NCBI GenBank assembly: GCA_043228905.1
Contig: JBHGNT010000006.1
Location: 16,058,001-16,122,000, forward strand
Length of the DNA: 64,000 nucleotides
Reading direction: 5' to 3'
Source of the DNA: Azolla caroliniana
Lineage: Eukaryota; Plantae; Polypodiophyta
How positions within the stretch are numbered: position 1 is the first letter of the stretch; each line of letters begins with the position of its first letter. Shown here one piece after another: positions 47,751-62,682 of this stretch. Both the position numbers and the translations under genes were made by a program. The notes beneath the pieces are model-generated. The model worked only from the letters and a program-made list of their open reading frames with translations. It ran no database searches and was not told the DNA's origin.

Positions 47751-50700
47751 GGTTGTGGAACCCACTCTATTTGGATGATAACATGAGAATGAGAAATCAA
47801 AGAGAGATGGCAATTACATCGAGGATTATGTCAAACATCATGCCCTAGATCTGATATAAAATTTTGATCCAGTGCATACCTCAAAATTGGATCACATGGC
47901 ATACATGCAATGACGAAGTTGTCAATGCATATTCCTAACTGAGACAGCAAAAGCTGGGGATAGATCTTCAAATTCAGATCATAAGCTTCTACATGTAGGA
48001 CCAAAGTCATGGTAAAATGCAATTTCAAATCTGAGAGTCAAGAGCCAGTAGTGTACTATGACGGAGAGAAAATGTAAGCAGTTCAAAGTTTCCAGTACAT
48101 CAGAGTGAACATACCTAGTCAACACAATTGGAACAGGTGTTTAACTAAGAGAGCGGAAGAGGATACAGGTTAATTTGAGCTAACATACCTCGTCAGCACA
48201 ATTGGAACAGGTGTGTAACTAAGAGAACGGAAGAGGAACTTAAGAGCATGTGCCATTTGAGTAAATCCTAAATATGGGAGAACAGAAATTGTATTTGATA
48301 CATATATGATGCAAACTCTGTTTTATGGAACTGAAGTTTGTGCAGCAATATTTCAACACAAAATAGAAATTGTGCCATCCTTTAAGGGATTAAGATCATA
48401 ATAGATACTGAAACCAGGCCAGTAAAGTCTATGCCTTTCAATACAGATACATTTCAAAAGTAAGGACAAACCACCATAATCATATTGCCGAGGCTAGCCA
48501 GGAAAGTGGATCCTACAAAAGAAAAACCACATAAGAAAACTTTGCTCATCCAGCTAAGTTCAAGACACTCAAACAATGGTTTGCAAGAAGGCAGGTTGAA
48601 CATTGGATGTGCACATAGAGGGAAAGCAAGGGACAGGGAGCATACTTCATGTTTACTCAGACAAGGTGGCATCCGTTCAAAATAGAAAGCAGCCCAACAT
48701 AGAACTAAGTGAGCACTATTGCCACTCATTCTCGCATCTCATCCTTGTCCAGACTCCAGACTCCTCACTTATCTCAAACCTCTCTCTCATTGAACCCTAC
48801 GCCTTTTTTCAATTGGTGGTATACACTGTACACGTTAATAATAATTTTGTATTGAATTAGGTAGTAAGTTCATGACTTTTGTGACCTATACTTTCGAATA
48901 TCATATAGAAGACTATCATCTATACTTTTTGCTAAAACACGACACATACTTTATCCTTTCAAATATTAGCAACTTCGGGTCCATTTGCATAGGGACTTTA
49001 TCCAAATATGCATGTATTTTAGCTGCACATCAATGAGGAATCACAACTTGGCAAAATGCATGGATTTATCTCACTTGCAAAAAATGTAGATTGTTTAAGT
49101 AATTTATGTGGTCATCAATTGGAAAATGCAACTACATTGCTTTCTTCATGCATAATCAAGGACGCCACTCATAACGATAGATGGCACAAATATATATGCC
49201 CAAATTTATGTCTCATTTCTCTCATCAAGTGGGATGATGGATTTTATTCATAACAGACTACAAATTAAAACATTGTTGTCAGATGCCAGAAACAATCCCT
49301 TAATGACACAATTAAATGTCTGATAACAGGCAATGTAGTTTTTCTTACAATTGTTTGTCCAACAGCATTATACAGCATCCGATGTAATTGTTTACTGAAC
49401 ACAAATATCTTGATACTTACTAAAGTTCTTTACTTTGACATCAAGAGTCAACTCAAACAAATAGAAAATCATATTTGTTTGATACACTTGGCCTTCAAGG
49501 AGAAAAGCTATCATGTAATCGAACTTATCACTTGTACTAGTTAATAGAATGTTTGCTGAAAACGCTGAAATGTCTCTGCTGTAGGGGGAAACCAGTTCAT
49601 TATTGGCCTTAATAACATGTTTGGATGACTTGTTATTTGTTCCAATCAGTGCCAAGGAATTTTCGGCATGTCCCTGTCCAGTCTCATGGTGACACCAGTC
49701 AATAGGAATATTTCAATTGCTGGTTTTCTGGCTCACTCAAGGAAAAACTCTTCATTGGAGTATCAAAGATAAAATTACAATCAAAACAAAGACAAAACTA
49801 GATCCGGTGCCTCAAAATGATAAGCATGCCCGAATCAATCTAATGGTGAAAACCAGCCCATTACACATCTGATTGCTGATTTCTGCCCAACTCCAGGTAT
49901 GTTACTTGACACTATTTGAAGACAAAACTAAACAAATTAGCAAAATCGAAGGTCGGATCAGCAATGAAGCTGCATTTCTTCATAAAGGAATAATGCTGTA
50001 TTCTCGATGAACACGCATCTCACACTATACGCTATTGTTATTTCTTGTAGGAGATTAGTCATCCCTGGTATTAATCTGATTGTGTGTGTTTTGAGTTTCA
50101 GCATATGAATCCGTGATTTTCACATGTGAATGAGGTTCAATAGCTTTGTATAACATAAGCATCTGAATGGACCACTGTCAGAAGTGGTAATGTTTGTCCA
50201 AGTAAATATGCACGTTTGACCCAGAATCTCAGCCCAATCATCTGCCTTCATTTCATGAAAATTTTCTCATTTGAACAGTATTCAACTCAACTTGCAATTT
50301 CACAGACCAAGATTCTAATGCAAGAGATGTCAGTTAGGATACTCCTGCAGGTTCATGCTTAAAAACTTTTGTTGTGCTGGATAAAATACTTTAGTAATAT
50401 TTTAATTTTACTTGGAAAAATAGAGAAATACTTACCAGAGCACTAAGCTTTGGGGCTAATCAGTGCATGGCGATATATTCTTCTGGAGTCTTAATCTCTT
50501 TTCAAGTATAGTTTCAATTGTCACTGATTGTATAAAAGTTATGTTACAGTTAAAGATGTTAATCACCACCCTCAAAGTTGTTTCAACACATATCGAAGAG
50601 CCCATATACATCAAGGATGTGCTAGAGGGTGAACAACATTATGAAGACAAAGCTTGGTAGCATTAATGAAACAGAAGCAGGGTCTGTGGACATGGTATGC

Positions 50701-51892
50701 AAATTTTGGGTTGTCCCTGACTTTCATATTGTTTCACCAACAGATTTGCAGTTAATTTTGAGAAGATTTAGAGGAAATTGGTTTGGTGTATAATATCGTG
50801 TGCATTGATGCTGCAAAGGAGGGAAAATGGTGAATTTGTTTCTTCTTAGGGATATCTTCTATGGGGACACAGGAAATGAGATGATTTGACCATGAAGCTC
50901 AATCATCTCATCTCTCAAAGCTAAATTATATTACAAAGATCTCATACATACATAAAAAGACAGTAAATAAAAAGATTGGGTGATGCTAAGCAGACTTTTC
51001 GAGATCCTTCTACTAGCTAAGAATAAAGCTGCCCTAAGGGCTACATGCACCACAAGGCTGTTTTGAACAACTGCAAATAGAATTGTGTCACTTCATGTAT
51101 CCCGATTGGGATAAACCTTACATTCTCCATCTAATTCTCGAATCACTCCTTGTTGCCTTAAATGACCACTTCCTGTGATAGGATCATCTGATAAAGGGTC
51201 ATTGGTAATCCTAGAGCATCACAACCACTTCAAGCAAATTATTGTCATGAACCATTGTTTCCTAAAGAAGGATTAATGTATGCTGTGCCTTATCATGCAT
51301 ACATATATGATCAATCACATGTGATAGATAGGATTGTTAAGCTTCTACCAGTATGTTAAAAGAAGTTCACATCACGCTTCATGAACTAATGTTTTCTATT
51401 ATTAGGAGCAAATGAAGGATAAAACGTATGCTGCTACATTCATTTCAGTACATGCAGAATTTTCTTGGAACTAGCCAGATTATTTTAGAAAAGAATGTGA
51501 ATGATGACTGACGTGAACAATATTTCTCCGATCTCCTTTGAATGCAAATAATAAAAAAAGTATCCAGAGCAAGGAATATTTTGGGGTTATTACCCAGTGA
51601 GAAGATTCACTATTTTGAGAAAATAGAGCGTATGAGGTTTACAAAATAATGGTTAAAACATTACTCCGCACTCTTCTAAGAGGGTATGGTCATACAAAGA
51701 CGACGGAAAATGAGGTAGATGGTTGACAGAAGGAACGTAAAATGGATAACTCGTCAGACTATGTAAATTCAATGAACAAAGAGGAAACGTAGCAAGTAAT
51801 ATCTCAAGGATCGTTAAACATAGACCCATCCCAAGAAACGGACAAGCGATAATAAACATGAACCGCAAGAAGAGAGAGAGGCAGAGACTTAC

Positions 51893-52031
51893 CTCGTACC
51901 ACAGAAAATGATGGGCAGGAGGGTTCTTGATCTTCTTTTCGTGGGACCGGGATTTGCTTTGCTTGCGACCGAGATTTGCTTGGCCAGCTTCACGATGAGA
52001 GCTCTCAAACCTAAATCGTTATGACCATCTG

Positions 52032-52099
<68 letters not shown>

Positions 52100-52298
52100 C
52101 AGAGAGAGAGAGAGAGAGAGGATGAATGGAAGGAAGGAAGGAAGGAAGGATAAAGGAAAGGCTGGGGTTGCGGAGAGGAAAAAAGAAGGTGAACGAACAG
52201 CTTCGTGTGGTGGGTGCAGATCAGATCAGAGAAGGGAAGGGAAGGAAGGATAAAGACCGAAAAAGGAAGCGTTAGGGTTCGATCAGACACGGAGACGC

Positions 52299-52337
<39 letters not shown>

Positions 52338-52360
52338 GGGGGAGGAAGGAGAATGAATGA

Positions 52361-52415
<55 letters not shown>

Positions 52416-52530
52416 TTTTTTTCTGTGTCTCTCTTGGTATCGATCGTGTCTTTGGAGGAGACGATGGGATGGGATGGGATGGGATGCGTGCGTGAAGAAG
52501 AAGAAGAAGAAGAAGAAGAAGAAGAAGAAG
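51893..52530 (-). other. Probable 5' UTR exon/promoter of the RING gene with (GA)n, (GT)n, (GAA)n and (GGGAT)n microsatellites
   Basis: Donor GAG|GTAAGT at 51893/51892 and acceptor TTTTTCCTCAG at 46175, implying a ~5.7-kb 5' UTR intron; pyrimidine-rich on the sense strand. Confidence 0.6.
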
Positions 52531-53493
52531 GCTTTCGACGAGGAGGGACTGAGTGTATGTTGTATGTAAAACACTTTTTTCGATCACATTTACACACTCC
52601 ATGGACATTGGAAACAGAGGAGGGGACACCCCTAAAAAACGTCCCTTTACATACACATCCTCGCTTGTAGCATGTGTGTTGCCAAGAGAGAGAGAGAGAG
52701 AGCCAGAGATCTTGGCCAAAGATACACACCCTCAATCAAGTAAAAATGCCCAAGAAAACCCACCCACTTGGGACATGGTAGAGAGGAGAGGGATGGGTCT
52801 AAGCAAGAGGAGTTGAATGGAGGAATGAAACATATAATTATGATCATCATATATTCTTGAATGTCATACACACTCACTCACTCACTCAAGCAAGCAAACA
52901 AACAAACAAAGAAAAAGAGACAAAGATTATGTTTTAACTTCGTCAACACATGATAGGATCTAGTGAACCCAATAGCATTACCTATAGAAGCCAAAAAGAG
53001 TGTTCCGAGATAGTCACATTTGTTGGCACAAAACATGCTACCTTACCTATATGTGTCTAATGTCTTTTCTTAGGGCTACTCCTATGCTTATCGGAGAGTA
53101 TATGTAGGTGGTGCCTAAAAGGTGGGCGATGGTGTATCCAACTTAGAGAAGTTATGCAAGGTTGTATGGTGAGATGCATTTTGCAACGATCATGGATGCT
53201 TCACATCAGAATGTGAGGTGTGCATCATCCTCATATATTAACCCAAAATGTGAAGATTGTTTGCTCTAGTTGGTTCCTCATCCTTACCATGCATGCGTCA
53301 TTCCCAATTTCAAGATTAGGACTAGTCCTATGCATGTAGAGGAGGTTTTGTTACCAGTTCTTCTAATGATGAGCAATATAATAAGGGATCAAGGAATATA
53401 ATGGATTAATGGAGCTTGACCACACCAATCACCTTTAAGTGAAAAACATGAAACATACACAAAGTAGCATCGTTGTGCAATATCATCAAAATA

Positions 53494-55111
53494 TGTTAAA
53501 CGGGCAAGCTCAACTTGGGCCGAATCAACTGAAGAAGTCGAGAACCGAATCGGATGGAAACTGATCGGTTAGGCATGGATCGGCTGAAAAAGTCGAGAGT
53601 TAGATCAAACAAAGACCGATTGGCTAGGCTGAACTGGTGGGGAGTCGGCAAGACGTTAGAATTGATATTCCTCATAGGAATATAAAGTACTGTTAGTACT
53701 TGTGTCAGCTCATTGTCAGAGCTTGTATAAGAATGCTCTCAGAGCACATTTGTGTATATTGAGCGTATTATTTTTAAATCTAAGTGTTGTCTTCTGCTCT
53801 CTCTCGCTCCCACTTATTGTATTTCTGTTTTTCTCTATGTTTTACCTAACTGTGACTAAGCCAACTGTGTTTGCGCATAAGCTTCCGCATGTTTTCTTTA
53901 CATGGTATCAGAGCACAAGGGTTGAATATCCTCTGTTGCGGACAAGCGTTTTTCAACATAGACAAGCCTTTGATCTCCGAACAAAGATTCACATGAACAT
54001 GAACAGAGGAATGGGTAGCTCGTTGCCGTCAAAAAAGCTAGACAAGAGCAACTATGCATCTTGGTTGTATAAGATGCATTAGTACCTACTACGCCATGGT
54101 TACCAGAGCTACATGGAAGGAGCAAACGATGTACCACCAAAGCTGGTGCACAGAGACTTCCCGTATTGGGAGCAAGTAGCAAGTCGAGTCTTGTATTGCT
54201 TCACCTCATGTGTTCACGATCAGATGCTCTAGTACATAAGGGATGCAAAGTCGCCCGTCAGATGCCTAAAGAGGGTCTTCATTGCCAGAACCATAACCCA
54301 TAAGTTGCAGCTCAGATAGGAGCTCAACAATGTTTGACAAGGTGGTATGTCAGTAATTGACTACACCACAAGGATCAAAGAGATCTGTGACACACTTGGC
54401 TCCGTCAACATAACGGTGGACGAAGACGAGATGGTGCAGATCTATCTCGGTGGTCTAGCTCAGAAATACGGGCCGATTCGGACGACCATCTATACAAGGG
54501 AGAAACCGCCGTCATTTTTCGATTTGTAGTCGATGCTCCATATAGAGGAGAACCACATAGGTGCATCAATGAGCATGCACGCTGACAACAAGATGTTGTA
54601 CATGGAGGCAGAGAGGTCTCGTGGTCGTGGTGGAGGTAGTGGATCAACACACAATGGTAGCGGCCGACAAGAGCAGAACCATAGGCACAGAGGAGGCGTC
54701 GTCAACAGTGGACCCTCCACGAGTAGGTGGAGTCAGGGTGGTGCTGGAAGTCGGCAAAATAAAGCCACTGATTGCTGGTACTATGGTCGAAAGGGTCACA
54801 AAGAGAGTGAGTGTTGGAAGTAACATGCTGATTCGGACAAAGCTGGATCAAGCAAAGCCGACTTTGAGAGGCAGTAGAGATCGCACTATGTTGCAGGCTC
54901 AGGAGGAGCCGAAATGGGCCCTGCCTTCGTCATGAAGCACAAAGCCAACTCAATGAAAATGAGCACCTAAAAGCCGAACGAGGTGTGGTATATGGATTCC
55001 GGAGCTTCCAATCACACGACGAACCATGAAGAATGATTCTCCTATCTAGAGAAGCCGGAACAACCAGGGGTTGTTGAAACAGGGGATGACGCCCCTCATC
55101 CCATCGAACAT
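53494..55111 (+). mobile_element. Copia 5' part (LTR 53494-53902, PBS, gag, protease); related to copia C
   Basis: TG...CA then TGGTATCAGAGC; KLDKSNYASW, knuckle CWYYGRKGHKESEC, WYMDSGASNH. Confidence 0.88.
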
Positions 55112-56267
55112 TGTTAGCGAGTAAGTTCAACATGATTCGGATCGGCTGAATAAGCCAAAGGCGAATCAGTGTCGGATTGGTGTCGAGAACTGTTATGTAC
55201 ACATAATGTAGGTTCAGAGGGTAGGTCATTAGTATTTACATAAGTGAAGGGTATGTTCACTAATGTTAAAGAGGGGGCTAATGTGATTCGACAGAAGGAA
55301 TGATATGTGCATGCACTATCATGATTTTGACAACCAATGAATGGAGAGCCTTTCAGAAAGGCACATATATTCAAGGGGCCTAAGAAGAGGTATAAATATA
55401 TCAGAGGCTTAACTACCCTCATAAGGACATTATGTCGGAAGGATGTTGTCTTAGACACCGGTGGTGCGGGCTAGGCTTTCGTCTTGACGATCGTGTTATC
55501 TCTTCCAAGGTATTAGTCATCCTAATATTCGGCAGTATGGGACGTCGATGGTAGGTTGTCTATGTCTAGATCATAGCTCGAGGGTGGTCGGGTGGAACGG
55601 GTTCTTCTATCCAATCAATTTTCCTTCTTTTTACTTTATTTTGGTCTATTAGTAATAGACTCTTAAGAGTGGTATCAGAGCATTCACTAACAATTTTCTT
55701 TTGTTGTTTTGATGTTTTTTGCGTGTGAGCAATGGGGATCGAACAAAACTCATCATGCTCTTCTTAGGATCTAAACAACATTCTTAACCCAATATTCTTC
55801 TTTATCGATCTCTCTTCTTTTCTATGATGCGTTCTTCTTGGTCGAATCAAATTTGTATTACATTTTCTTTTGTTTTCTTTCTACGATCATATGATTTACA
55901 ATCTTATTATGCATCGGGTCGATCGTGTTTGCACTAATCACACACGCTCAACTCATGGACCTTTTGTATATTGCGATGTATCTCCCACTCTCCCCTCTCT
56001 TGAGCCATCTCTTACGATAATAAATTTTTTTGTGCATCGGGTTGAGCGTGTTTGCCCTAATCACACACACTCACCTCATGGCCCTTTTGCATATGATGTT
56101 GCATATGCCACTCTTCCCTTTATTGAGCCATCACTTGACTGATTCTATGGGATGTTGTGGCCTTGACGAGGTGTATGTCACCTACCTATGTCGTTGTACT
56201 CTCTATTGAGCCATCATTGGCTGATTCTATGGGATGTTGTCGTCTTGACGAGGTGTATGTCGCTTGC
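55112..56267 (+). mobile_element. Nested LTR element 5' end (LTR ~55112-55669, iMet PBS 55670-55681, non-coding internal repeats)
   Basis: Begins TGTTAG in the middle of the copia protease; TATAAATA near 55391; TGGTATCAGAGC. Confidence 0.6.
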
Positions 56268-56843
56268 TGTTGAGTGGACAAGCTCAACCGGATCTGGATC
56301 GGCTGAACAAGCAAGAGCTGGATCGGAGAACCGGATCGGTATTTGGAACCAAGAGCCGGATCGGATTGTAATTGGTAGGCCGTTCGAGGCCTACGAATCT
56401 AGCCTAGCGCGTAGCCATATTTTTAGGAGTCGTTGTTAGTCGCTCATATGAGCATTGAAGTACTTGTCAGTCCTTCTGTCGGTCCTCTTTAGGACTTGTG
56501 TAAAAGTGCTCACAGAGCACATTGTATGTACACAGTGTTGTTATTTGGAATTGTGATATATTGTTCTACTGTCTCTGTCTCTCCCACTCTCTGTCTTTGT
56601 GATTCAAGCTTCCATTAAACTTTGTCTCTATTTTCTATTGCTATCCGGAATAACCGGTTTGTCAAAGCTTCCGCACATTAACTTTGACATGGTATCAGAG
56701 CGCAATGGTTAAGAACCTCTGCTGCCGACAAGTGACTTCCAAAGACAAACCCTAACTTCCGGAAAAGCAGAGGCAGAAAAGAAGGAAGATATGGACAGAA
56801 GTATGGCGAGCTCGCTTCCAACAGAAAAGCTCGACCGGAGCAA
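56268..56843 (+). mobile_element. Copia 5' LTR (56268-56689), PBS and gag start
   Basis: TGTTGAG...TTGACA-TGGTATCAGAGC; MASSLPTEKLDRS; homologous to the split LTR of copia C. Confidence 0.88.
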
Positions 56844-59800
56844 ATGAATTATTATATTGAAGAGTAAATGGATTACAAAGAGTAGGCAACAGAGTACTAC
56901 AAAATGGCGTTGAAGAAATTTAGGTTTGGGATGAGTGGTAGATCCCAATTTATAAGTAATAGAGAACACTCTAGAATATTCTAGGTTATCCTAGAATGTA
57001 GAGTGATCTAGAAGATCTCTAGAGTATTCTAGAAGGTTCTAGTGTATAGAACATTCTAGAATATTCTAGGTCATTCTAGAATGTAGAGTAATATAGAATA
57101 TTCTTATGATATTAGATTTCATATTCTAAAAATTATACATACAAGATGGCTAAGGATTTGACATGTGTACAAGAAGGTTGTGGGTTCAAATCCTTTCGAG
57201 GTATAATGTGAGTGTCATGATCCTTTCGATGGATGATGGAAACACCGGATGAAGATGCATGTGTGGAGGGAGGCCAAGACAAAATGCAACATCACTTATC
57301 TTACCAATGATCATGTAAGGGCCAAAACGTTGGTAATCCAATTTACTGCAAGGTCGAGTGGTCTTGATGTTGTGTTGGAGAAGCCATACATGATCCCCAA
57401 CGTAGAACTTTTTTGAGGAGTCTAGACGATGACGATCAACAAGCCTCTTGTGTGTAACTTGAGCATCATGCAAATTGTGGAGAATGGTAGCGTGAATTTC
57501 TTGGAGGCGACTCCTCGACATCAGGGTTGGTAGGAATGTCTGGATGCACATTCATCGTCCATCGAGGATGACAACCTGTATTTGCGAAAAATGGGGAATA
57601 TCCTGTAGAAGAATGGGCCGAGTTGTTGTAAGCGAATTCCGCCAAGTGCAAAAAATCAACCCAATCATCTTGTTGATAGTTGATGAAACAACGAAGATAT
57701 TGCTCCAACGTCTGGTTGGTACGCTTAGTTTGGCCATTTGTTTCGGGATGATAGCCCAAAGAAAGCTTAACCGAAATGTGGAGAAGTTTGAACATGTGCT
57801 TCCCAAACTTTGAGATGAATTGTGAACCACGATCACTAATAATATCATCCGACAGACCATGATGCTTAAATACCTCCCACATAACGAGATCGGCCTCCTC
57901 TCGACTAGTAATCGACTTCGTACATGGCAATAAATGTGTCATTTTGGTAAATCGATCAACCACTGTGAGAATTGCATCAAAACCTTTTGAAATTGGGAGA
58001 TCAGTAATGAAATCCAAGGATATAGACTTCCAAGGATTTTCCGGAATGGGAAGTGGTTGTAGTAAGCCATAGGATCGGTGACGAGGACTCTTTGATCGAC
58101 AACATATATCACAACTGTGAACATACTCCTCAACAAAATGACGAAGGCGAGGCCACCAATAGCGTCGAGAAATTAATTCTAGAGTCTTGTAAACTCCAAA
58201 ATGACTAGCCATTGTTGAGTCATGGCAATGTTGTAAAACTTGTAGTCCTGGGGGACCATCAGGAACATACAATACGTTTTATCGAAATAGAAAACCACCA
58301 TGCCAATAGAACTGACGATGGTCATTACGAGGATTTTTTGACCGTGAGGAAGAAGCACGATCCGGGATGATATGATCCAAAACATCCTTGGCGAAATCAT
58401 CAGTGTCCATATGATCTCGAATGGAATCTTCAAGAGTTGTTATGGCATTAACTACCATTAATCATAAGCGATTAGGACCCAAAAGGATTTGTTTTTGATG
58501 CTCAAATGTAGGTTCCGTTGGATGAAGTTCCATATAAGAGCGCTGAGAAAGAGCATCTGCTTTGCCTTGCTGCATCCCAGGGCGATATATGATGATAAAG
58601 TCGAAGTGAGTCAAAAATTGCGGCCACCGGGCTTGTCAACGACTCAAGACTTGAGCATTTTGGAAATAAGTCAGGTTCTTATGATCATTGTAGACAATGA
58701 TCTACTGAGAAGAACCTTCTAGAAAATGTCACCATTGTTGAAACGAATCCACAATTGCAAGAATCTCTTTGTCATGGATCTCGTAGTTGATCTCTACAAC
58801 TTCAAACTTTCGTGAATGAAAGGCGACAGGGTGTAGCTGTCCATCATCTCTAGTCTATGAGAGTACACTCCCTAGTGCAAAATTGGATGCATCGGCTTCG
58901 ACGATGAAGCGTTTTGTTGGGTTGACATGTGCTAAGATAGGTGCCGTTGTAAATGCTCGTTTTAAGCTTTCAAATGCCTCGACTGCATCTGAACTCCATA
59001 TAAATGGCTAATTTTTATGTGTGAGTTGAGTAAGCGGAAGCACCACCTTGGAATAATCTTTAATAATTTTTTGATAAAAAATTGCAAACTTGAGAAAAAA
59101 TTGCACATCATGCACTGAAAGGGGCATTTGCCACTCTAAAATTGCTTGTACCTTCATGGGGTCCATTGCAATACCATATGATGATACAACATACCCCAAA
59201 AATTCCACTTGATTCTGGCCGAAACTACACTTTTCTAATTTTGCGTAGAGACCATATTCTCGAAGTCGACGTAGTACTTGACGAACATGTTCGTCATGCT
59301 CCTCTTGGGTCTTCGAGTAGATTAAAATATCATCTAGGTAAACTATAGTGAAGATATCAAGAAAATCTTGAAAAATATCGTTTGCCGTTGGAAAACAACA
59401 AGTGAGTTTGTGAGACCGAATGGCATGACAGTATACTCAAAATGGCCATAGCGAGTGCGAAAAGTTGTCTTCCATTCATCCCTCAGGCAAATCCGAACTA
59501 GATTATATGCTCCACGAAGGTCTAACTTCGTGAAATATTTTGCACCACTGAGACGTTCCAAAAGATTTGGGATTAACAGTAGAGCATATCTATTCCGAAT
59601 AGTCACTTTGTTTAGTCCTCGATAATCCACGACCAAATGAAGAGTTCCATTCTTCTTCTTAACGAAGAAGATAGGTGCACCAGCAGGGGATCTAGAATAC
59701 CGAATGAATCTGTTTGCCAGATTCTCATCAATATATTCCCGCAAAGTCTCTAGCTCTACAAGGGAGAGATTATAAATTGGTCCCCATGGAGGTTCTTTCC

Positions 59801-60105
59801 CTGGTTGTAAGTCAATAGGGCTGTCGTATGGCCGATGATTCGACAATGTATTGGCCTTCACCTTATCAAAGACAACTGAGAACTCGTATTTCTCTGGTAG
59901 TTTAATGTCCGCTTCACATGAAGTGGATGATGGAGTTGCTACTATTGCGAAGACGAACATGGCCTCGTTTCCCTCGAGTTGATGAACCCGTTGTGATAAC
60001 TCTTCATACTGTTGAGCTTTTTCGGTGCTCACTTGTTTTAGGTCTCCAAGTAGCCTTTGATTCTCATGCTCTAATGCCAAAAATTTATTCTTGAGCATGT
60101 CGAGC
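56844..60105 (-). mobile_element. Decayed chromovirus-type gypsy (partial 3' LTR with TTCTAGAA repeats, INT-RH-RT, gag stub)
   Basis: [48 protein letters not shown]; LTR-like 56844-57222. Confidence 0.85.
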
Positions 60106-62682
60106 TTAGAAAGAACATGCATGTATTTGTTTTCGGATTGCCAAAATTCAATGGCCAGAAGGCCCAAATTTGTGAAGCTTGCCAGCTCGGGAAGCAACAC
60201 CGGCTTCCGTTCCCCACCGAAAGAAACCGAAGCCGTAACAAGCTTGATCTAATACATTCAGATGTATGGGGGACTGGCACAAAACGTTAGTCTTGGCAGG
60301 AGCCGATATTTTGTCTCCTTCATTGACGACTACATCCAACACACATGGATCTACCTAATCGAAAGTAAAAGCAAAGTTTTCGATTGTTACTGGAACCTGC
60401 AAAGTCTTGTAGAACAGGAAATGGAGAGGAATATCAAGTGCCTGCGGTCCGATGGAGGAAAAGAATACTTTTCCGGCTAATTCAACAGTTATCTGCAACA
60501 AAAAGGAATTTGGAGGGAATTTAGCTACCGATACACATCGGAACAAAACGGTGTGGCCGAAAGGAAAAACCAATCAATTGTGGAGGCAGCACAGACAATG
60601 CTAGAAGAGAAGAGCATGTCAAGTTCCACTGGGCCGAAGCGGTCCAGACGACTGTCTACATCCAAAACCGAATGGGGGAGTGTCAGCACATGAGCTGTAT
60701 TTCGGGTGGAAACCGAATTTAAGACACCTTAATATATTCGGTAGCATTGCATATGTGCATGTGCTGGATGAGAAGCGGAGAAAGCTAGATTCAAACTTGG
60801 AGAAGTGCATCTTTGTTGGCTACTCACATGAACAAAAGGGTTATAAGTGCTATAACCCTCGAACAAAACAAGTTCGAGTGAGCCGATATGTCGAATTTGA
60901 TGAGTCAGCATCATGGTACTCTCTCTTGACTCCGATGTCTGACTCCGACCTGATTCTGGAAGATGAGGCTAGTGAGCCTGAACCGATCCGGGCAGAAGAT
61001 GAAGAAGGATTCGGTATTGTAGATGAGAGTTCGATCTCATCTTGGCTAAGTGGGCCGAATGAGCGACTAAGTTGGAATGACCAGTCAAATGAAGAGCCGA
61101 CGAGTAGTGGAGACTCAACCCTGCATTCCCCACGCAAGGAACCGAGGAGACAGTTCATGCACAAAGAGAAAGGGAAGAAGAAGACGCCAAAATATGCCAC
61201 TGGCAGAGGTGAGTCGGATCGAAGTGAATCCGACTTTGGAAAGAATGAAGACATTCAAAGATGAAGTCTAAGCCGGCCAAGAGGGTCTTGAAATCGGCGA
61301 ACGTGAACTTTCGCTGAATGACCCGCCAGAAGAACCCTGTAAAAAGGTACGGATATAATGAATACATGGCGCATCACTATGCGTACATGACAAAAGTGAC
61401 GGAAATGCGTGAGCCAAAGAGCTACGCAGAAGCGGTGAAGGACGCAAATTGGTGTGCCGCTATGAAGGAAGAGATGCACACACACTCACAGAAAATGAGA
61501 CATGCGATTTAGTGGACGTATTGAAAGGAGTGAAGCCGATGGGTTGCCGATGGGTATACAAGGTTAAATACAACACCGACGGCTCCGTCAACAGGTACAA
61601 GGCTTGGTTAGTGGCCAAGGGTTACATGCGACAACACAACATCGACTATGATGAGACGTTCGCGCTGGTCGCAAAGATGACGATCGTCTGTGTCTTGCTT
61701 GCGGTGGTAGCGGCGAAGGGGTGGCATCCACAACAAATGGATGTGAAAAATATGTTCTTGCAAGGTGATCTTGAGGAACAAGTATATATGGTCCAACCTC
61801 CCAGATTTCAGTCTGGAGTGAACACATTGACTGTATGCTGATTGAAGAAGTCCCTTTACTGACTCAAGCAAGCCCCGCGTGCCTCGAACGCGAAGATCAT
61901 GCAAAGACTGCATCAGATGGGGTTTGCTCCATCGAAATCAGACTCTTCTCTCTTCATCTGGCAAGGTCGGAACATGCCAATTAGTATTTTACTTTATGTT
62001 GATGATTTAGTCATCGCCGGTGCTGACCTAGACGAAATCGACTGCGTCAAATCCCAACTTGGGGCATTGTTTGACATGAAGGATCTTGGGGATCTTCATT
62101 ACTTCCTCGGGATCGAAGTGATCCACACCTCGGAAGGCATACTGATCAGTCAACGCCACTATGTGTTGAGTATGCTCTTCAAGTTCAGTATGATGGAATG
62201 CAAATCCGTCTCGACTCCTTTGGACCAGAATGTGAAGCTTTGCCCCGACTCCGGAATGACATGCGACCCGACAAGGTTCCGACAGATAGTCAGAAGCTTT
62301 ATTTATTTGACCATCACCCGACCAGACCTCAGTTATCCGGTCGGATTGATCAGTCAATTTATGGCGCATCCGACCGTGGAGCATCTTTAGCGCGCACACC
62401 GAATATTAAGGTATGTCAACGGCACTAAGGACAAGGGGTTGTTGTATCGGGCTGGTGTAGTCGAACAACTTGTCGGCTATACGGATGCCAATTGGGCCGG
62501 AAATGTCGGCGACCGCAGGTCTACATCCGGATATGCATTTTCACTTGGAAACGCCGTGGTTGCTTGGAGTAGCAAAAACCAGTCAATAGTAGCAATGTCG
62601 AGCATTGTGGCCGAGTACCGAGGCGAGGCTATCACAACGTGCGAAGCCATATGTCTAAAAATGCTCCTGAAGGATCTGCGAG
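60106..62682 (+). mobile_element. Copia integrase-RT-RNase H remnant (same family as copia C)
   Basis: HSDVWG, LRSDGGKEY, QMDVKN, YVDDL, YTDANWAG..DRRSTSG. Confidence 0.88.

Noticed and set aside
51889-52735. ORFs of 100-276 aa with HT, LS, CV and poly-E/K runs
   Set aside because: Translations of microsatellites.
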